Part shown: in pieces, positions 27,513-36,181 of the stretch
Position numbering within the stretch: position 1 is the stretch's first letter
Layout of the letters: every line of letters starts with the position of its first letter
Sequence record: PP781973.1
DNA: 64,000 bases
Direction: 5' to 3' (one strand)
DNA from: Pseudomonas phage vB_PaeM_RyC23_M4LORT
Made by a program: the position numbers and the translations under genes
Notes under the pieces: model-generated
The model's database searches: none
Seen by the model: the letters and a program-made list of their open reading frames with translations, nothing else
Told to the model about the DNA's origin: nothing

Positions 27513-28199
27513 TCAGTGATCCTCAGAAGGTTTCGCGTTTGCGATAGCCGCTACTTTCTGCATACCGAGGCGATAGAAATCGGCTTCTTTCCTGGCTTTG
27601 GTAAGCTGCTCCATGGCGTCGCACGCCGTCTTGTGCTGGGAATTGGCGTTCTTGATGCTGCCGTCCAGGCTCTTGTCTAACTCTTCCCGAAGAGCCTTCT
27701 GCGATGCTAGCTCGGCCTCCAAATCCTGGATTCTGAGTTGAAGCTGGCGGTTCTGCTCGGCGACCTTGTCTTCGCGGGCTACGAAGTTCTGCAGGCGGTC
27801 GACAAGACGAGTATTTTCGCGCACCAGCTGCTGTTTGGCGACTTTGGTCCTTCGCAGTTCTGCTCGCAATGCGGACAACTCCAGCGCATGCAGATCGGCG
27901 TCCGATTCTTGCGACTCTGCGGCCTGCTTATTGCGCAGATAGTATTGCCCAGCCGCGAAGGCGAGCAGTGCTCGGTCTGTATCCTTAACTGTCTTGGCCA
28001 TGAAGTGGGCTCGATACAGAGGCGCGAACTTGCAGGCGTCTGGGTCCCAGGCCAGATTATCGGCCACAGGCCAGAATGCGCGAAAGCTTTTCGCATCGAC
28101 ATGCGCCTTGACCGTCTGCGATGCGCCCGACTCTTCGCAGATGATTTCCAGAGGGACATAAATGGCGTTCTTGATGCTTCGGAAAGAAATGGTGGACAT
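27513..28199 (-). CDS. Hypothetical coiled-coil protein (about 228 aa)
   Basis: Start MSTISFRS; the C-terminal half is a heptad-rich coiled coil. Confidence 0.45.
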   Translation of the reverse strand: MSTISFRSIKNAIYVPLEIICEESGASQTVKAHVDAKSFRAFWPVADNLAWDPDACKFAPLYRAHFMAKTVKDTDRALLAFAAGQYYLRNKQAAESQESDADLHALELSALRAELRRTKVAKQQLVRENTRLVDRLQNFVAREDKVAEQNRQLQLRIQDLEAELASQKALREELDKSLDGSIKNANSQHKTACDAMEQLTKARKEADFYRLGMQKVAAIANAKPSEDH

Positions 28200-28253
28200 A
28201 ACACAATCCTCATAAGAAGTCGCGGCCGGGACCATCCTGGCCGCGCATCGTAA

Positions 28254-28556
28254 TCACTCTTCGCCTTCGTCCGCGCTCAGCCACTCTTCGAAGGCGAAAT
28301 TCACCTTCGACTCGACCCAATCCTGCAGCTCATCGGCGAACTCGTCACTGTCGATGTCCATCGGAATGCCCAGAGTCTCTTCGTTCCACAGTTCGGCATT
28401 CAGTTCGAACTGGATAGCCGGTTCGCCATCCACATTCAGCAGGGTGCGGTCTGCGACTTCATATTCGTCGACATCGAAGAGGAAACCGCCGCTGATGATG
28501 TGCTGGATGAAAGCTTCGTCGAAGTTGCTGACGCCGATATTGATCTGCTTAGTCAT
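28254..28556 (-). CDS. Small highly acidic protein (100 aa, about 30% Asp/Glu)
   Basis: ORF; composition resembles DNA-mimic-type anti-restriction or anti-defence proteins, by analogy only. Confidence 0.5.
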   Translation of the reverse strand: MTKQINIGVSNFDEAFIQHIISGGFLFDVDEYEVADRTLLNVDGEPAIQFELNAELWNEETLGIPMDIDSDEFADELQDWVESKVNFAFEEWLSADEGEE

Positions 28557-28569
28557 TTTTTCTGGCCCC

Positions 28570-28716
28570 TTATTTGGCGAGTTTGTACTGAGCTTTGAGG
28601 GTGGTCAGCTTAGCTTTCAGGGCGATCATAGCCTGGCCGCGCAGGCCTTCCATTTCTGCCTCGCTGATGGCGATCTTGGCGGAGCGGATTTGATCGTTGA
28701 TCTGGGATTTGGTCAT
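28570..28716 (-). CDS. Small protein (48 aa) MTKSQINDQIRSAKIAISEAEMEGLRGQAMIALKAKLTTLKAQYKLAK
   Basis: Not in the ORF track (shorter than 60 aa); AGAGGA Shine-Dalgarno site; downstream of the promoter cassette at 28741-28796. Confidence 0.35.
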   Translation of the reverse strand: MTKSQINDQIRSAKIAISEAEMEGLRGQAMIALKAKLTTLKAQYKLAK

Positions 28717-28740
28717 TTCTGCGTTCCTCTGTTTTGGAGT

Positions 28741-28796
28741 GTTTCGCGTTCGATGAAGAGATTATGACGCTATTCAGAATGGAAGTAAAGCAGAAT
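28741..28796 (-). promoter_or_regulatory. Early promoter/leader cassette (TTTACT -35, 17 nt, CATAAT -10)
   Basis: Family member; the flanking sequence cagaatggaagtaaag is shared with the cassettes at 29060 and 32826. Confidence 0.55.
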
Positions 28797-28882
28797 TGTG
28801 AAATATTTCTCAAAGTGGACGAACGGTATGCCCCGTCAGGAATATTTCCTCCCATGGAAGGCATTTCCGCATCCGAATGTTG

Positions 28883-29042
28883 ATTAGGTATCCCAAAGCG
28901 CGCAGTGGCGAATGTGAGTCCGCACGTACATAGGGTTGTATTGTGCGAAGTGCTCGACGGTCGCATCCAAGGCTCTGCTATTGCCGCACCCTTCCGCTTT
29001 GCGAGCCAGGAAGAATGCTTCTATTTGCTGGTTTGCGTTCAT
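28883..29042 (-). CDS. Small protein (52 aa) MNANQQIEAFFLARKAEGCGNSRALDATVEHFAQYNPMYVRTHIRHCALWDT
   Basis: GGAGGG Shine-Dalgarno site; downstream of the promoter at 29060-29116. Confidence 0.35.
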
Positions 29043-29059
29043 CGTCTTACCCTCCAGGT

Positions 29060-29116
29060 GTTTGTTCGTTTCGATGAAGAGATTATGCCGTTGGTCAGAA
29101 TGGAAGTAAAGTGTAT
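29060..29116 (-). promoter_or_regulatory. Early promoter/leader cassette (TTTACT -35, 17 nt, CATAAT -10)
   Basis: Family member. Confidence 0.55.
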
Positions 29117-29149
29117 TAACAATAAAATTATGTTCACCGACGAACGGTT

Positions 29150-30595
29150 GTGCTCGACCGTCTGTTGCGGCGTCGATATACTCGACCTATTGCTGACACC
29201 GGATTGATTAGAATGTACAAACTCAACCCTGCACTGCGAGCGGTCTGGCGAACTCGCGCCCGTTACAAAGTCATTTATGGCGGCCGGGCGTCTTCGAAGT
29301 CACACGACGCAGGCGGTATCGCCGTTTACCTCGCGGCCAACTATAGACTCAAGTTCCTCTGTGCTCGCCAGTTTCAGAACCGCATCAGCGAATCGGTCTA
29401 CACGTTGATCAAGGACAAGATTGAGAATTCTGAGTACAACGGCGAGTTCATTTTCACGAAGAACTCGATCAAGCACAAGATGACCGGATCAGAATTCCTA
29501 TTCTATGGGATCGCCCGTAACCTGTCGGAAATCAAGTCTACCGAAGGCATCGACATTCTCTGGCTTGAGGAAGCTCACTACCTGACCCAGGAGCAGTGGG
29601 AAGTCATCGAGCCGACCATCCGGAAAGAGAACTCAGAAATCTGGATCATCTTCAATCCGAACGAAGTGACAGACTTCGTGTATCAGAACTTCGTGGTGAA
29701 GCCACCCAAAGACGCCTTCGTCAAGATGATCAACTGGAACGAAAATCCGTTTCTCAGTGAGACGATGCTCAAGGTCATCCACGAAGCTTATGAGCGCGAC
29801 AAGGACCAGGCCGAGCACATTTATGGCGGGATTCCGAAGACTGGTGGCGACAAATCCGTCATCAATCTCAAGTTCATTCTTGCGGCCATCGACGCCCACA
29901 AGAAACTCGGCTGGGAGCCGGCCGGATCGAAGCGCATCGGCTTCGACGTTGCGGACGACGGCGAGGATGCGAACGCAACTACGCTCATGCACGGCAACGT
30001 CATTATGGAAGTGGACGAATGGGACGGCCTGGAAGATGAACTGCTCAAGTCGTCCAGCCGCGTTTACAACCTGGCGAAGATGAAAGGCGCCTCGGTCACT
30101 TATGACTCCATCGGTGTCGGCGCTCACGTCGGATCGAAGTTCGCCGAGTTGAACGATGCCAGTCCCGACTTCAAACTGATCTATGATCCATTCAACGCGG
30201 GCGGCGCTGTCGATAAGCCTGATGATATCTACATGAAGCTGCCGCACACGACGATCAAGAACAAAGACCACTTCAGCAACATCAAGGCGCAGAAGTGGGA
30301 AGAAGTCGCGACCCGATTCCGGAAGACTTATGAAGCGGTTGAGCATGGAAAGGTTTATCCCTTCGACGAATTGATTTCGATCAACTCTGAAACGATTCAC
30401 CCGGACAAACTAAATCAACTGTGTATCGAACTTTCGTCGCCGCGCAAAGACCTGGACATGAACGGCCGGTTCAAAGTCGAGTCCAAGAAGGATATGCGCG
30501 AGAAACGCAAGATCAAGTCGCCGAACATCGCTGACTCGGTGATTATGTCGGCCATTCTGCCGATCCGGAAGCCCAAAGGTTTCTTCGACTTCTAA
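29150..30595 (+). CDS. terL: Terminase large subunit (PBSX/XtmB-type); start uncertain between 29150 and 29212
   Basis: Walker A YGGRASSKSH, Walker B ILWLEEAH, C-terminal RNase H-like nuclease (IGFDVADDGED...). Confidence 0.85.
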   Translation: MLDRLLRRRYTRPIADTGLIRMYKLNPALRAVWRTRARYKVIYGGRASSKSHDAGGIAVYLAANYRLKFLCARQFQNRISESVYTLIKDKIENSEYNGEFIFTKNSIKHKMTGSEFLFYGIARNLSEIKSTEGIDILWLEEAHYLTQEQWEVIEPTIRKENSEIWIIFNPNEVTDFVYQNFVVKPPKDAFVKMINWNENPFLSETMLKVIHEAYERDKDQAEHIYGGIPKTGGDKSVINLKFILAAIDAHKKLGWEPAGSKRIGFDVADDGEDANATTLMHGNVIMEVDEWDGLEDELLKSSSRVYNLAKMKGASVTYDSIGVGAHVGSKFAELNDASPDFKLIYDPFNAGGAVDKPDDIYMKLPHTTIKNKDHFSNIKAQKWEEVATRFRKTYEAVEHGKVYPFDELISINSETIHPDKLNQLCIELSSPRKDLDMNGRFKVESKKDMREKRKIKSPNIADSVIMSAILPIRKPKGFFDF

Positions 30596-30600
30596 ACACA

Positions 30601-30630
30601 GAAAGCCCGGATCGCTCCGGGCTTCGGGTC
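30601..30630. terminator. Hairpin terminator (AAGCCCGGA-TCGC-TCCGGGCTT) between the convergent terL and the minus-strand gene
   Basis: Stem-loop; the U-tract is better on the minus strand. Confidence 0.5.
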
Positions 30631-31014
30631 TTACTCGGTGTGGTTCCTGGCGCTGAGTGTCGACGCAACGGCCTCGCCGACTCCCAGGGCTTCCTGGCCG
30701 GCCGCGAGCGCTTCGGCTTCCGACTCGACGATGAAATCATCACCTTGGCCATCGCCTGGCGGAACCTCGACCAGCACGGCTTCTTCGCCTTCGAACCGCA
30801 GGTCATAGGTCTTTTCGACGGACAGACCGTAACGAGCGTTGAGCGCGTCCCAGAGCTGGGCCTCATAGGTCCGCAGGTCTTGCAGAGCTTTCTGGTGGCT
30901 GAGCATGGCCATGTCAACGGCCCGTTGCAGGGTTTCGTCCAGGACGTTGAATCGCATGCGAAGAGAACGAATCCGCTCGACCACTTCCGCATCCACTACA
31001 TGCCTTTCGATCAT
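30631..31014 (-). CDS. Hypothetical protein (127 aa)
   Basis: ORF. Confidence 0.45.
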   Translation of the reverse strand: MIERHVVDAEVVERIRSLRMRFNVLDETLQRAVDMAMLSHQKALQDLRTYEAQLWDALNARYGLSVEKTYDLRFEGEEAVLVEVPPGDGQGDDFIVESEAEALAAGQEALGVGEAVASTLSARNHTE

Positions 31015-31226
31015 CGCTTTTCACCTTTGCTGAATGTAACGTTGTAGCCGTTGTCGGCCAGGTAGGTCAGGGCGCCTTCGAAGGAAGTTCCGACGAGGTG
31101 CTTTAGCTTCATTTCGCGTTGCGCGGCCAGCCAGAATGCAGTTCCGGAGAACTCGGCGCGGCCTTCGGCCAAGACCCTGCCATCAGGCCCGGCGATACGT
31201 ACATGGACGGAAGATAGCTTGATCGG
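31011..31226 (-). CDS. Small hypothetical protein (71 aa)
   Basis: Start MPIKLSS. Confidence 0.4.
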   Translation of the reverse strand, partial: PIKLSSVHVRIAGPDGRVLAEGRAEFSGTAFWLAAQREMKLKHLVGTSFEGALTYLADNGYNVTFSKGEKR

Positions 31227-31228
31227 CA

Positions 31229-31579
31229 TCAGTGAATACCTCCACTGGCTTGCGACGGCATACTTTCGGCGCGCGCGGCTTCGCAGTCCGGGCAGGGACA
31301 TGCTTGGCGGACGCGCTCCAGCTCGTCGGCATCCATGACATAGAGCTTCCCATCGGCAGTGTCGTGCGCCATGGCGATGTTCGGGAAGTCGGTGGCGCTC
31401 AGGCCGGCGACAGCGCGGATTTCGTCCCAAAGCACCAGATGCTCGGCATTCAGTCGGGCGGCGAGCGCTTCGTGCTCTTTAGCGACGCGCGCCATGAACT
31501 CGTCCATCCGGAATGCGAATTCCGCATCGATGGCACGGGCCGAGGCCATGGAGCTGAGTCGAATCGGTTCTTTCTTCAT
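31229..31579 (-). CDS. Hypothetical protein with a CPCPDC motif (116 aa)
   Basis: Start MKKEPIRL. Confidence 0.4.
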   Translation of the reverse strand: MKKEPIRLSSMASARAIDAEFAFRMDEFMARVAKEHEALAARLNAEHLVLWDEIRAVAGLSATDFPNIAMAHDTADGKLYVMDADELERVRQACPCPDCEAARAESMPSQASGGIH

Positions 31580-31622
31580 GATGATTCTCTTTTGGTTGGT
31601 GGTTGTTCGCTGCTCAGGCCTA

Positions 31623-32021
31623 TTACAGTCTGAGAAGCATGATGAAGATGAACGCAAGGAACGCAAACGGCACAAGTATGCCGGACATCAGCTTTGACAG
31701 GCGCTGCATCTCAGCGTATTTCTCGGTTGACATTCCGTGCTGCGCCGCCTCAGCCGCGAAGCGGGCTTTCGCCTCGATAACTTCCGGGCGCAGCGACAGG
31801 ACATATTCTAAGGCCTCTTCCCGCGCTTTTTCGGCCTCGACCAGCCTAGGGTCGCGGGCCGAGACTTCGCTGTACCCTGGCCTTGCGGGATGGGCCTGCA
31901 GCGATGGAGGAAGTTCGGCGGCCACGACTCCATAGTCGGCGCAGGCCCAAGCGATCCCGATGAGGATCGCGAGGATGGACTGGACGATTCGCAGCATCAC
32001 TTTGTCGCTAGGAAAGCCCAT
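31623..32021 (-). CDS. Membrane protein (N- and C-terminal transmembrane helices)
   Basis: Hydrophobic segments VMLRIVQSILAILIGIAWA and GILVPFAFLAFIFIMLL. Confidence 0.45.
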   Translation of the reverse strand: MGFPSDKVMLRIVQSILAILIGIAWACADYGVVAAELPPSLQAHPARPGYSEVSARDPRLVEAEKAREEALEYVLSLRPEVIEAKARFAAEAAQHGMSTEKYAEMQRLSKLMSGILVPFAFLAFIFIMLLRL

Positions 32022-32023
32022 GG

Positions 32024-32803
32024 TTAATCCTCCACCGACCGAATGATTTCCATGTTGCGACCGGCATTGGCCCCGGCAGTGTAGGCGCGCCGACCGTCAC
32101 TGTCGTCCAGACGCAGGAGTTTGGTAACATTCGACTTCTTGTAACCCGGATCGCCGAAATGTTCGTGGACCGCAGCTTCCTTAACCACCACCAGAGACGT
32201 TCCGGCAGAAGATACCAGCTCCATACGCTTCCTGGTTATGGACTGAAGGCGATAGCTGATTTCCTGGGTCGCGGCCAGTTTGAATTGCGCGGCAACCTTT
32301 ACGTTGAAACGTTCGTACCCTTGCGCCTTCTGATACTCCCGACACAGACGATCAATGGCCTCGACCAGGGAGTTGAACATGTTCACCGCCAGCTCAACGT
32401 CCGACTTGTAGCCTTTGAAGCGTACGGCATGACCCCAGCGCTTGGTAGTGCTTCCGTCGCGGGCGCTCCTGGATGCCTTAGCCGATGCTCTGTGGTTGTT
32501 GATGCCACCGGCGAAATCCATGATGCAGTCATTGTACGTCGCCACGGCCACTGAGAAAAACTTCATCCAGTTCGGGATTGCGGAATAGTAACGAGTGGCA
32601 ATTTGCTCATCGAACTCTTCGCGAATCTCGCCGGTAGCTTCGAAGTCGTGAAGGTCATATTTGTCCTTCAACTTCTTCACACGCTCGGCTGCGATGGCCG
32701 CTTCGTGCGGACTGGAAGAGTCGGCTGCCATGGCGGTCAGTTTGCGGATGCGGTCTTTCGCCTTCTCGATGGCTTCAGGGGTGAATTCGTTCTGGTCGGT
32801 CAT
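32024..32803 (-). CDS. DUF2786-like hypothetical protein (259 aa)
   Basis: N-terminal IRKLTAMAADSSSPHEAAIAAERVKKL resembles the DUF2786 motif. Confidence 0.5.
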   Translation of the reverse strand: MTDQNEFTPEAIEKAKDRIRKLTAMAADSSSPHEAAIAAERVKKLKDKYDLHDFEATGEIREEFDEQIATRYYSAIPNWMKFFSVAVATYNDCIMDFAGGINNHRASAKASRSARDGSTTKRWGHAVRFKGYKSDVELAVNMFNSLVEAIDRLCREYQKAQGYERFNVKVAAQFKLAATQEISYRLQSITRKRMELVSSAGTSLVVVKEAAVHEHFGDPGYKKSNVTKLLRLDDSDGRRAYTAGANAGRNMEIIRSVED

Positions 32804-32825
32804 GGTCGGTTCCTTTTGTCTGAAG

Positions 32826-32882
32826 GGTTTCGCATTTCAATGGAGCTATTCTGCCTTCATTCAGAATGGAAGTAAAGCACTT
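32826..32882 (-). promoter_or_regulatory. Early promoter/leader cassette (TTTACT -35, 17 nt, CAGAAT -10)
   Basis: Family member. Confidence 0.5.
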
Positions 32883-32889
32883 TCTTCCA

Positions 32890-33327
32890 CTATTTCGGCA
32901 TCGACTGGAAGAAATTCCAGATCCAATCACCTGCTACCAGCAAGAGGATGAGGGCGGCAAAGAACAAGACAGCGGCCGCGAGCTGTGCGCCCGGCTTCAG
33001 TTTGGGATGGCTGAGCTTGGGCTCTACGGGAACGGCCGGAGCGCTAGCGCTGCAACCGGCGTCTCCTGGGCCGTAGCCGATGCCGCGTTCACACGCCTGG
33101 AACGACACCAGGGATTTAAGATACTCGGTCTGCTTTTGCGACTCTTCGTAGATGCCGGCGACGGCGAACCAGAGGGCGAACACTACTGACGTACACACAA
33201 CCCAGGCGCCGGTCAGCAGGAGGGCCAGCGGGCCGATGACGAAGACGGTAGCAGCCAGGACGATTGCGCCGCCCCAGATGATGAAGCCGGCCAGACCATT
33301 AGTGATGTCGACACAGAACTTTTTCAT
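32890..33327 (-). CDS. Polytopic membrane protein (3-4 transmembrane helices; holin- or superinfection-exclusion-like)
   Basis: Start MKKFCVD; multiple hydrophobic helices. Confidence 0.45.
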   Translation of the reverse strand: MKKFCVDITNGLAGFIIWGGAIVLAATVFVIGPLALLLTGAWVVCTSVVFALWFAVAGIYEESQKQTEYLKSLVSFQACERGIGYGPGDAGCSASAPAVPVEPKLSHPKLKPGAQLAAAVLFFAALILLLVAGDWIWNFFQSMPK

Positions 33328-33343
33328 TTTCAGATTCCTTCGG

Positions 33344-33931
33344 TTACGGGATGGAGGGGATTTGAAACTCTGCGCCGCCGAGAACATCAATGACGACTTC
33401 CCAGAGCGTCGGAACAGACCACTGGTAACGGTCGAAGTCGGTTTCAGGATCGACGCCCAGCGTCACATAGGAAGTGGCAGGCCATTTATGAACACTGCCT
33501 TTCCGCATGAGAGTCGCCACGCGGCCGTCACCGAGCGGATTCGTCCTGTGCGGAACGTACGCAGACATCGAATATTGCTGCCCGGCGTCGATAACAAATC
33601 TTTGCCTCTGGCGCAGACATACAGAGCCCACAGGATTCCAGCCGCGACCGCCGCAAGCCTGGCGAGCCGAAGAATGCTCATAACCTTCGTGAGTCATTTC
33701 GCCGAGGCAAGCCGAGCGATCCTCGTAATAGTTGATGTTCTCCATCGATCCAACCAGCACCAGAGACTCGAAATCGAATCGATGATCGTGGATGGCCGAG
33801 TGATTGAAGCAAAGCCGACGCGGCAGCTCCGGGTGCCAAACATGGAGGCGACCGGCCGGAAGTTGGACCTGAATGAACCCCAGGCCGTGCAGAGTGATCT
33901 TGTCCTTCATCGGGTCATGGACGGTGCTCAT
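33344..33931 (-). CDS. Hypothetical protein with a His-rich cupin/2OG-oxygenase-like motif (HSAIHDHRFD)
   Basis: 195 aa; HxxHDH plus a later His suggest a metal-binding site. Weak call. Confidence 0.4.
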   Translation of the reverse strand: MSTVHDPMKDKITLHGLGFIQVQLPAGRLHVWHPELPRRLCFNHSAIHDHRFDFESLVLVGSMENINYYEDRSACLGEMTHEGYEHSSARQACGGRGWNPVGSVCLRQRQRFVIDAGQQYSMSAYVPHRTNPLGDGRVATLMRKGSVHKWPATSYVTLGVDPETDFDRYQWSVPTLWEVVIDVLGGAEFQIPSIP

Positions 33932-34032
33932 GGATAATCCTCAGTAGCAGAAATGTATTGTGAGAGTTACGATTGATAAGCCGGTCGCCCATAGAAGGGC
34001 GAACCAGGCCATGGCTTTGATGGTCGTGTAGA

Positions 34033-34965
34033 TCATCCGAAGAATTTTCCGGCACAGATCGGGCCAATGCCCATTTCGATGGATGCGTGGTTGGTCAACT
34101 CGCGACCGCAGCAGGAGCACTGACCAGTCTTCCGACCGTAGGCGACTGCCGATTCCATCGGCTTTTCGAACATCTTCAGAACGTCGTCGTGCTCAGTATC
34201 GGTGCAGTCGCGACTCTTGATGAATTTGCCATTGGTGATCCGGCCGAGGTAGATGTCGCCCAGGACGTACAGGCTACCGGCGTTCCGGCTGTGAGCGCTA
34301 GCCTCTTTCACAACAACGATGAGCGGCTCCTCGCCTTCGCCAGCTAGGCGGATTTTCGGGCGCTTGATACCAGACTCTTTCGCCTTCTCAAACGCTTTCT
34401 CGATGCAGGAAATGTCCAGAGTCGGCGCAGCAGCTTCCTGCGCGGCCACTTTCTCGCGATACTTGGCGAGGTTTTCGATGGCGCGCTTCGCAGCAGCGAT
34501 CTGATTTTCCGTCAAGGAGCCGTATTTATACAACGACTCCTGAAGGCTCTGAGCGAAGCTGAAGGAATTTCCAGTCCACCACTCGATGATATCCGGGTGC
34601 GCGGCTTCGAAAGCCTTAATTTTGAGGTCGCGTTCTTGCGCAGCGCTACAGATTTTCTCGGCGCGCTTTTCTGCCGCCTTGGCACGGCTCTTGGCGCGCT
34701 GCTCCGGGCTGGTTTTGTACTCTTTGTATCCGACACCGCCGCAGGCAAAGCAGGCGCGACCATAAGATGAAGGGCCACGGTACAGGCCGGTGCCTGCGCA
34801 TTTGGTGCACTTGTCGCGATACAGCTTCACTTCCTTCCGGGAGTTCGGGCGGGCGCCCATGGACACATCTTCCAGCGTCTTCGGAGCTTCGTCAGTGATC
34901 GCTACGGTAGCGAAGTCATCGCCCAGGTCTTCGAAGCCGGTGAACAGATTCTCTGCTGCGTTCAT
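34033..34965 (-). CDS. Zinc-ribbon protein with a C-terminal DUF6011-like motif
   Basis: CTKCAGTG...CFACGGVG and the C-terminal CSCCGRELTNHASIEMGIGPICAGKF. Confidence 0.5.
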   Translation of the reverse strand: MNAAENLFTGFEDLGDDFATVAITDEAPKTLEDVSMGARPNSRKEVKLYRDKCTKCAGTGLYRGPSSYGRACFACGGVGYKEYKTSPEQRAKSRAKAAEKRAEKICSAAQERDLKIKAFEAAHPDIIEWWTGNSFSFAQSLQESLYKYGSLTENQIAAAKRAIENLAKYREKVAAQEAAAPTLDISCIEKAFEKAKESGIKRPKIRLAGEGEEPLIVVVKEASAHSRNAGSLYVLGDIYLGRITNGKFIKSRDCTDTEHDDVLKMFEKPMESAVAYGRKTGQCSCCGRELTNHASIEMGIGPICAGKFFG

Positions 34966-34989
34966 GTCGATTCTCCTGTTTGGAAAGTT

Positions 34990-35040
34990 CGTTTCGATGA
35001 GTTGACTATACGCCAGAAATGGAAAAACGGTAGCGTTTTC
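34990..35040 (-). promoter_or_regulatory. Early promoter-like cassette (TATAGT -10, leader CTCATCGAAACGAAC); -35 poorly matched
   Basis: Partial family member. Confidence 0.35.
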
Positions 35041-35068
35041 TCACTACCGTTCGTCGGGTCGAAGACAA

Positions 35069-35422
35069 TCAATAAATGTCGCTATTGATCTTGAACCCAT
35101 GCTCAGCGCCGTCGTTGTAGTCGTACTCAACATAACTGTCGCAGTAGTCGTTCAAATGCTGAATGATGCCTAGAACGTCGTTCGCGGCCTTGTGCCTTTT
35201 CGCGGCGATGGTCTTGGCGATGCTGTCGCCGACTTCCAGGGCTTCGGCCGTCCGGCGATGGATCAGCAGGCGACTCCAAAGATAGAGCCGGACGCGACGA
35301 ATGATGTCGCGATGGCGCTCCAGTCGTCCGTGCAACTCTTCAATTTCGTGCTCGCGAGATTTTAATACTCGTCGAAGCTGTTGAACTTCCAACTCCAAAT
35401 CGGCCTTAGTAGCCATGTTCAC
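35069..35422 (-). CDS. Hypothetical protein (117 aa)
   Basis: ORF. Confidence 0.4.
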   Translation of the reverse strand: MNMATKADLELEVQQLRRVLKSREHEIEELHGRLERHRDIIRRVRLYLWSRLLIHRRTAEALEVGDSIAKTIAAKRHKAANDVLGIIQHLNDYCDSYVEYDYNDGAEHGFKINSDIY

Positions 35423-35664
35423 CTCAGAAAGGAAAATCGTCTGAGACTCCAGGAAGCTCGACGATTATTGTTGAGCCTGATCGGTCTAGAATGCATCCGA
35501 CCGAGCCAGCCCTGTGTGGATAGGGTCTACACGAACTATAACAGGTGACTTCCCTGACTATTCGCCAGGTCGATCCTCCACACCATCTGCAAATTGGCGG
35601 GCGCTTCGACTTCAGTTTTCGTTCGTCCAGGACGGCGCGTCTGTCGCAGGAAAGGCAGCGTGCC

Positions 35665-35976
35665 TTAACCGACGTAACCATTGGTATAGTCGATCATTCG
35701 GATGAGCTCATCATCCTCTGATTCTCTCGACTTCAGACCGCCCAAAGAGTCCGACTGGCCGTCGCATTTCGCATCGATATCCATCGAAGACAGGAATCCT
35801 GCCGATACTGCGGTGATATCAACTTTGTCGCCGGCCTTCTTGAAGCCTTCGCACTCAGCATCGAGGGCCACAATTGCACTCGCGGCCATGTTCACATGAC
35901 TGATGAGGTCGGGGAAGATCACAGGAACTTCACGCGACATGCCACGGACCGTCAGCTTCAGGACTACATACTTCAT
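35665..35976 (-). CDS. Hypothetical protein (103 aa)
   Basis: Start MKYVVLK with an AAGGGA Shine-Dalgarno site. Confidence 0.4.
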   Translation of the reverse strand: MKYVVLKLTVRGMSREVPVIFPDLISHVNMAASAIVALDAECEGFKKAGDKVDITAVSAGFLSSMDIDAKCDGQSDSLGGLKSRESEDDELIRMIDYTNGYVG

Positions 35977-36181
35977 ACTCACTATCCCTTTTGTATGTGA
36001 GGAAAGAACTTGCTGTTTTCCGGATGGTGAAAACGCTCGGTCGCAGGCGGTCTTTCTTCCGGACATTGAATCGTCGAAGGCGGGAAAACCGCGCCGGCGA
36101 TAATCGCCGCGAGGAGTGCAGCGGATGTCGACATCCAGAGGGCGGTTTCCAGGCTCACCCGAACTTCCGGACGGCGCGGCT

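Noticed and set aside
27526-27545. GGTTTCGCGTTTGCGATAG resembling the promoter leader motif
   Set aside because: Falls inside the C-terminal codons of gene 27513-28199 (…AIANAKPSEDH) with no accompanying -10 or -35; probably coincidental.
35424-35681. 85-aa Cys-rich minus-strand ORF
   Set aside because: Lies in an apparently intergenic stretch with no Shine-Dalgarno site; likely non-coding. It may hold a promoter for gene 35069-35422.
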